DNA of 57,306 nt, filler included, from Sphacelaria rigidula (Eukaryota), in NCBI GenBank assembly GCA_964200075.2. It is 7 parts of 7 records of this genome, joined end to end, with 100 filler letters (N's around TTAATTAATTAA, not from the genome) between each part and the next. Parts side by side here need not be neighbours in the genome. Positions count along the whole stretch, not along the records: positions 49,207 to 57,306 come from CAXNAA020012302.1; 6 more parts are not named here. The stretch is one strand, 5' to 3'. The number at the start of each line of letters is the position of its first letter. Position 1 is the first letter of the stretch. The translations under genes were made by a program, and so were the position numbers. Below the pieces are notes generated by a model that was given only the letters and a program-made list of their open reading frames with translations, ran no database searches and was not told the origin of the DNA. Below, one piece after another: positions 50,540 through 57,306 of the stretch.

Positions 50540-50795
50540 TGTGACGCCAGCAGGTTGCTAGTACTGCAGTGTCTAATGCTGTTGAGGGACTCCCCAGTTC
50601 CACTGGCCTCGGGTTGCAGTTGTTAGCCTTCAGAACACCTTTAACTATCCCGGAGTGCCACCCAGGCGGCTCCATAAACCACATCAGGGTATCACCCCTG
50701 TGTCCATGTCATCATCCATATCATCACTCTACAGATCCCAAGTCATCATCTATATCATCATTATATACTCAACGTGACGGCGCGATTTCGTCACA
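50540..50795 (-). repeat. 3' LTR of Gypsy C (256 bp)
   Basis: TGTGACG...CGTCACA; direct repeat of 56752-57005. Confidence 0.95.
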
Positions 50796-52148
50796 GCGCC
50801 CCCGAAGCGCGTTGAACGAGAATCCAGAAACAAGCTTTACACTCAGAAACATAACGCCAGAACGATTGAGCAAGTCACGACTAAAAACCAAACTCACGCG
50901 TGATGCGAGCAGCAATGGAATGAGACACTCGCACCTTACGCAACTCATTTTTTTGAGAAATTCTGGAGCGGCCTCAAAAACATTTCAAGAAGCTCCCACG
51001 TACGCTCCTCGACTTCAAAACAAACCCAGTCGACCAGCACGATCAACAAAAGATCCCCTGCCTTTGCCACGCGAACAATCCCAGCCATCTGAAATTGCCC
51101 CTGGTTCGAAAGCGTGCTGAAACACATCCTTCACGTCTGCCGTTACATTAAGGTGTGAGTCTGCATAAAAACGCAGACGAGCTACATGGGCGGTCTGAAC
51201 ACGACCCGAAACAATGTTTTGGATCTCAACACACATGCGGGTAATGAGCACCAACCACTCTCCACAGACTAGTCCACATCGCCATTACCTTAGCCGTAAC
51301 TCCCGGGCGACGCACGCGTGCATACAAAACATAATCGCCTACCTCGAAATTCGGAAATTCCAGCCCCGATGAAGACCCCTCACGTCTACGCGCACGTTCA
51401 GCGGCAACACGCTTCTGCACTTGAACGTGGAAACTTTCTTGCAACTCCAAAGCTCCTAGCAACGCACGCTTCAGCTGCGCATCGTCTAAGACATTACAGT
51501 TGCCCTCCCCCGTCGAGAAGGACGCCAACACCGAGAAGGACGTCCGAGGTGCACGATCGAACATCACGTGGTACCGCGTACTATCGTACCGACGGCGATA
51601 TGCGGTATTTAGCGCCCATTGCAGCGGGTAACACGTCCATCCACTCGGTCACCTCTCGACGCTGCTCGAGAAGAATAGAGCGAAGAGCACGAACTACTTC
51701 CTTGACCATGCGTTCGCACGTACCGTTAGACCACGGAGAATACGCTACCGCAAACTGGTGATCAACGCACAAAGCCTCTGGCAATCATGCCAAGACCGCA
51801 TTCTTGAAATGCCTATCGGTATCACTCACCCACACACGGGGCACCCCCAAAGTTTTGCACCACTTCAGCAAAGATGCAGCAGTCGATTCAGCAGTACACA
51901 CTGCTACTGGTTCCAGAGCCACAAAGTTGCTCGAATCATCCATGATTGCCTAAATGTATCGAAACCCAGCATCCTCCGACAAACCTTGGGAAGCTAGCGG
52001 GCCACTCTCGCCCGCGTACAAGAAGTCAAAATTACCGATTTCATTCGGCGTGGTCCCATGGACCGTTTCACCGAGCGGGCGAGGAACAACATCGCCCGCC
52101 CTCGAGTCAGCACAGTGAAGACACTGACGGACAAATTCGCGCACATGA

Positions 52149-52398
52149 GAGTCATCCTACGATAGAGGGGGGGGTGTTTTGGGCCACTTCTCGCACGAAG
52201 TTCCTAATCAATTTGGCGTTGAAAGCAGCAATACGGGTTCGAGCGAGCTTTCTATAAATGAATAACACTTATTTGTACTGCTTGGCACCGCTTGAAACCG
52301 AATTCAAGCACACAGCGAGTGTGGCAGGTCGTCTGACGCACCTATGAGCCTCTTTTTTCGGGCAACCAAACACCCCCCCCCCTATCGTAGGATGAATC
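52149..52398 (+). mobile_element. MITE family M2 (TIR GAGTCATCCTACGATAG), 4-bp TSD ATGA
   Basis: TIRs with one mismatch in the first 17 nt; ATGA at 52145-52148 and 52399-52402. Confidence 0.92.
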
Positions 52399-52628
52399 AT
52401 GAGTTTCTATCCCCTGCTAGACACGAAACTCTTGCAAGCGCATGAGTGTCGCAGCCACATCACGATGCCTGGCGTCGCGCATGTGCGCGCAAATCATCAG
52501 ACGTACCTGCCCACTGCTTGTCGGAACTCGGAATCCACAAAACGTTTCGGTCACGCACATGCAAACGAAACAAATCTTCATTATCCAAGATAGCAGTACC
52601 AACGTCCGACTCCAAAAATTGCACATCC

Positions 52629-52877
52629 GACACTTTCTACGATAGCCCCCTCCAAATCAGTGCATGGTTTCGGGAGGCAAAATCTCGACGTGAAGCGAAA
52701 TGGGAAAAGCCGAGCACAACGAGAAGGTGGGAATTCCCACGCTTGGGTTCGTTCTAGCCAATGTCGCCAATATGAGGGCGCTTCATGCAGCCTAAACCCG
52801 AACATCAGGTGCTGTATGGCCATTTGTTTCGTGACACCTTTAGCTGGTTTGGGGGGGGGACTATCGTAGAAAGTGTC
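52629..52877. mobile_element. MITE family M1, 4-bp TSD ATCC
   Basis: Perfect 17-bp TIR; ATCC at 52625-52628 and 52878-52881. Confidence 0.93.
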
Positions 52878-55468
52878 ATCCACATCTTCGGCTCCTAGGT
52901 CTTTTCTTTGCGCTTGGCGGACAACAGATTTGGACGGCATCGAGTCATCAGGTTCACACGGACCATACACAGCCACAGCGCGCGCGGATAAAGCCGGAAT
53001 ATTCATCCAACGCGAAAGCAAGTCACCCCACGCGTTACGTTCACCCGAAATATGACAAATCGTGTACCGATACTGGCCAAGAACAGCGTTCCAATCCTCC
53101 AGTCGTTGCGTCAACGCCTTCGACACAGACGTCACGCATGCCTCCGGGATGACAATGTACGCTAGATTACCTTGATCCGTGAAAATGTGCATGCCATTCC
53201 ACAACAGATGCTCGAGACGACGAAAAGTGCTCACGATGGCAAAACCTTCCTTATCAATGGTTGCCCAACGCATCTGTGAACCCTTGAAATTACCACTAAG
53301 AAAAGCCAGCGGTTCATGCGTCATGTCTTCAACCGGCAACCGTTGTTGCATTTCTGCATCAGGCACCTGCGTTACAAAACTACCCCAATGACACTCGGAT
53401 ACATCCGGAAACATCAGCACCTGGCAACCGGGGCGGGGATGAAACAGCGTGACAGCATGAGCCACCAGATCCTTCTCTTTCACCCATGCCTGCAGCCTGT
53501 CCTCCGTCCACGAGGCAAGCGGAATGACGCAGTTTTTGGCCACCCGCTTCCTGCGCCTTGCAGCCTCCACCATGAGTTCTTCGAGGAAAACGCGTAAGGG
53601 CGCCACTACCTCGGCCATACGTGGCAACGATGTACGCAACCAGTTGATTGCGTGCAGGAATTCCAGTGGTTATTCTGCTGTTTCTGGACGCCGCATGTCA
53701 GACAAACCTTGCAAGCGGACCGGGTCATGCGAGACGCGGCCGTGTGAAAATACTATCCCACACTACACTATTTCACTAGCAAAAAAGGTAAACTTGTGGG
53801 CAGCTTCAAACAGACCAACACTCTTTAAGCGAGCCAACATTGCATCAAGCGCATCTAATAGTTCGTCTTCCGTATTCGCGAAGAAAAAACATCATCCACC
53901 CAAATCTTGCATTTCAAGCGATCCAAAAGTTCTACCATGAAACCTTGAAAATAGGAAGTAGCATTCAACACGCCTTGCGGTACTCGTTGAGGGGTGGACT
54001 TGCCAAAAGGAGTCGTGATGATGAATATCTCTTGCGCCTCGTCGGCCGACGGCATCTGCCAGTTCTCCTGTAGGAGGTCCAACTAACCGAAGCATCGCGC
54101 ACTCAACAGGTCTATCATGTCGGATTCCTGGTTAGGTATGACACCCGGCGACTTCTCCACCTGATCGTTGACGGCTCCGTAATCGCTGACAAGACGGAAA
54201 GAGTCCTTCTTCGGCACCGCCATCGCTGGACTGGACCACACCGCCTGTAGATTCCTGAATACCAACCCAAACGCCACAAGCGCCCCCATGCAAGGAGCTA
54301 CCAAAGTTAATTTTACCTGATCATATCTCCTAGGTTTTGCCTTCACCGCGGCCGCCCCTGACCTCAGTGTAACCCTCATGGGTTCCACGCGCGCAGGGGG
54401 ATCACCCATCAGCGCACGACCAAACGCGTTAACGTGGCGATACAAAACACCACGCTTGCGCTCCGCTTTTGAGACGTTGAGGCCATTTGCCACAACATCC
54501 GTCACGCTTTTCTCCAGCGTAGCCATTCGCGCGCACTCCTCTTCTGCCGGCTCCATAGACATATCGGGGCCACGCTCCACAAAGCGTTCCACCGCCTCAT
54601 CACGCTCCTCGGACACCTGCCGCCCCGCCTCCTGGAGAGCGTTAACCGACAAGCTCACTCTGCGACTGGCCAAAAAAGCAGGCGTCTCGACACTCGATCC
54701 GGGCGACGGCATTTGCGTTTTTAGGGTCTCAACAGCCGATTATACGGATCGACTCCCAGTCCCCGAAGCGTCGATCAGCCCAACAGAACGACACCATCCG
54801 TCCCCGGCATGAACGCAGACGATATCGGGGTAATTTTGCTGGCCCCCAGGTAGTCCTGAACGCCAACTGTAGGAAAATCGTACGCTCCGTAACATTTATA
54901 CGTTGCCCCGATACGGTGATGGTCTGCCGCGCCCCGAGCGAGAACGGAATGCGGATTTGCTCACCGGGGGGTAGATGCTCCAGCATCTTCACAATCAGCA
55001 TCGACACGCTCGTGAAATGAGCGCCTGAATCCAACACAGCGTTGACCGATACGGCTCCCCTCGCCCGTTGATTTGGGATATATAACTCTGCAGGAAAATA
55101 GTATTCTTGATACTCGATCGGCACCTGCTCCGCCGATTGATTTTTCGTGATTCCCACTTGATGCCACGGCTGCGCGTGCGGTGCAGGCATAGACGCCCCC
55201 GCTGGGGTCGCCGGCACCGCCGGCGGGTACGAAGCCACGCCCGCAGAACCAAATTGCAGCGGTACTCCGGCCGACGGAGCAGCGGATCCAAAGTTCAGCG
55301 GAAATCCGGCCGGCTCAGCAGCAGGCGTTTCGCCTTGCTCTGCTGCCGGCCGCGCCGGCACCGAGCCCGACACTAGAGTGGTCGGTCCCACCTGCACCGC
55401 CCGTTGCGGAACAGCAGCCCCTGCGGCTGAGCCGGACCCAGAACCGGACCCCTGCTGACGCCGCTGCC

Positions 55469-55469
<1 letters not shown>

Positions 55470-55520
<51 letters not shown>
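55470..55520. repeat. (CTG)17 tract between the gag zinc knuckle and the protease
   Basis: Direct inspection. Confidence 0.9.
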
Positions 55521-55521
<1 letters not shown>

Positions 55522-55639
55522 GAATTCGACTATACACCTCCACCGCTGGAGGATCCGCCTCCGCCACCACCCCGATTACCTTTTCCTCCTTTGTGATTGC
55601 GAGGGCATGCGGCACTCGTCTGCCCAGACTCCCCCTCGG

Positions 55640-56453
55640 AATACGTTGGGCACTTGCGTGCGTAGGGGCCTACCTGGCCACACTAAAAGCAAGTGATGTT
55701 GGCGGCGGCACTGCCTGTAGATTTTGATCAGCGGTTACGCGAGCTCGAAGACTGCGGCGACGAAGTGGATGATTTCCCGAATACTTCAATCTTCCGCCAT
55801 GCCTGAGCCTCAGCCACCACGGTATCCATAACTAAGTACGGGTCTGACTTCCAAATGGTTTCGTGCTGTAATTGCACAAGCACGGCCTGTTTGAATTCCG
55901 CCGGTACCAGACCCTCCACCATCGCTTTCGTGATCACCGCAGCGGGCCCTGGACAGAATTTTCCATCGGAGGAACGATAAACCATCTCGATGTTGGGATT
56001 GCCGGGAAAATACGTCTCCAACATTCTCATGATTGGCTCCACCCTCTCACGCATGGTCTTCCCCTTGTGATTCATGGCGACAGCCTTCGCCACGGCCGTG
56101 GACGCCTGGGTTAGCTCTACCTCAGCGCCCACCGCATGCCCTGTATGCTTCTTGATCGCTGCAGCCAATTGTAGCGGCGTTCTTGTGTTTTTCTCGTGGA
56201 ACCTTCTCGAAAAAACGCGTTGGAGGGGGGTAGGCACGAGTTGCGCATTGGAAACCACCTGATGCCTTGCCGCACCCCCCGCATTCGCATGCTCCACCCG
56301 CTTCTTGTATTCCACATATTTCGTATAAAACAAACGAGAAGCACGCTCAGAATACAAGTTCCCGTAACTGGGAGGCCGCAACTCGTCTTTCAGAACAACT
56401 CGGGTTACGGTCGTCTCCGCCGGCTCTTCGGCTGGTACCTCTGAAGTCGACAT
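55640..56453 (-). pseudogene. gag: Gypsy C gag with degenerate zinc knuckle
   Basis: 241-aa ORF homologous to Gypsy B gag; CF*CGQVGPYARKC knuckle at ~55650-55692. Confidence 0.85.
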
Positions 56454-56751
56454 TTCCGAGCGGGCCTAATCGAAGGCTTCTGAACCTTCTCGGACTCCAC
56501 AGTTCACACTTGTCTTCGTCGCCGCACCACACAGCCGTGGGGTCCTATAAAGTCCCGCTGCACTCAGCTCCAGCGAGTCTCTACTCTGGATCAATCACGG
56601 GCCAGACGCTTTTGCAGCCACCTCAGCGTGAAACCTCCTCACGCGTCCGTGAAGCAATATGTCCGAAGCTGTCCAGACACGTTTCTACTGAAATTTTTAC
56701 AGCTGTCACGAACGATAGCACAACAAGCACGACTAGCACTAATATCGGTAT

Positions 56752-57005
56752 TGTGGCGCCAGCAGGTTGCTAGTATTGCAGCGTCTAATGCTGCTGAGGG
56801 ACTCCCCAGTTCCACTGGCCTCAGGTTTCAGTTGTCAGCCTTCATAAGACCTTTAACTATCCTGGAGTGCCACCCAGGCGGCTCCATTAACCACATCAGG
56901 GTATCACCCCTGTGTCCATGTTATTATCCATATCATCACAACAGATCCCAAGTCATCATCTATATCATCACTGTATACTCAACGTGGTGGCGCGATTTCG
57001 TCACA
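56752..57005 (-). repeat. 5' LTR of Gypsy C (254 bp)
   Basis: Direct repeat of 50540-50795; about 18 substitutions and one 2-bp indel by eye. Confidence 0.95.
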
Positions 57006-57240
57006 GCCCTTAGATGGCGGCTCGGCCGGCGACAAGACTGACGAAGAGGCCGGCAATGATGACGAACAGAACGAGAAGGACATCGTCGACGGAGTAAAAT
57101 CCGGCGACGAAGTGAACGTAGAGAACGACGAATACGCCGGCGAGGGAGGTGGCCAGGAGGGGGGTTCGGTTGACAAAGACGCGCACAGCCAAGCTTGCGC
57201 GGTGGATGCAAACGGCGGCCGCGCCGCCGGATACCTTTTA

Positions 57241-57306
57241 ACAACGAATTGTGCGACTTGAGCTTTAACTCCAAGATGAGGTTCAAGCCTAAAACAGTGC
57301 TTTCCC
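57241..57306 (+). mobile_element. Terminus of the high-copy TA|ACAAC element
   Basis: Matches 8042-8102; preceded by TA. Confidence 0.75.

Larger units (their letters stand above)
51015..55397 (-). pseudogene. pol: Gypsy C pol (protease, RT, RNase H, integrase), broken by stops, frameshifts and two MITEs
   Basis: AVLDSGA; FRLVSDY, VPQGVLNATSYFQ, IWVDD; FPDVSECHWG, DKEGFAIV, FTDQ; CLHC, FDFLY, YSPWSNGTCERM. Confidence 0.93.
50540..57005 (-). mobile_element. Full-length decayed Ty3/Gypsy retrotransposon C, 4-bp TSD GCCC
   Basis: Paired LTRs; GCCC at 50536-50539 and 57006-57009; gag-PR-RT-RH-IN order. Confidence 0.96.

Noticed and set aside
57010-57240. Acidic ORF interrupted by Gypsy C as an intact host gene
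   Set aside because: The rejoined frame has an upstream stop and is low complexity; support is insufficient.

Overview
This window is not one locus. It is seven unrelated ~8.1-kb contigs (8102, 8101, 8101, 8101, 8101, 8100, 8100 bp, sorted by size) joined by artificial 100-nt linkers (N44-TTAATTAATTAA-N44). The DNA is eukaryotic, repeat-dense and has spliceosomal introns; a brown alga or other stramenopile is my inference. It contains three decayed Ty3/Gypsy LTR retrotransposons: a chromodomain-bearing one in contig 2, a 3'-truncated one in contig 4, and a full-length one with paired LTRs and a GCCC target-site duplication (TSD) in contig 7. It also contains a near full-length decayed RTE-type LINE, several fragments of a second LINE family ('LINE-B') whose 3' end runs into poly(C), and at least seven families of non-autonomous DNA transposons, many nested with readable TSDs. 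Two host genes are partly visible: a predicted 73-aa MGNC-type protein that needs an 8-nt micro-exon, and an IQ/WW-like protein. The most unusual observation is a 176-bp palindrome in a Gypsy gag. It looks like a retroposon insertion whose cDNA folded back at the element's own 3' hairpin and copied about 43 bp of target DNA in inverted orientation. No CRISPR array, rRNA, tRNA or convincing ribozyme was seen. Contig 1 holds degenerate coding-like sequence that I could not assign. All alignments were made by eye.
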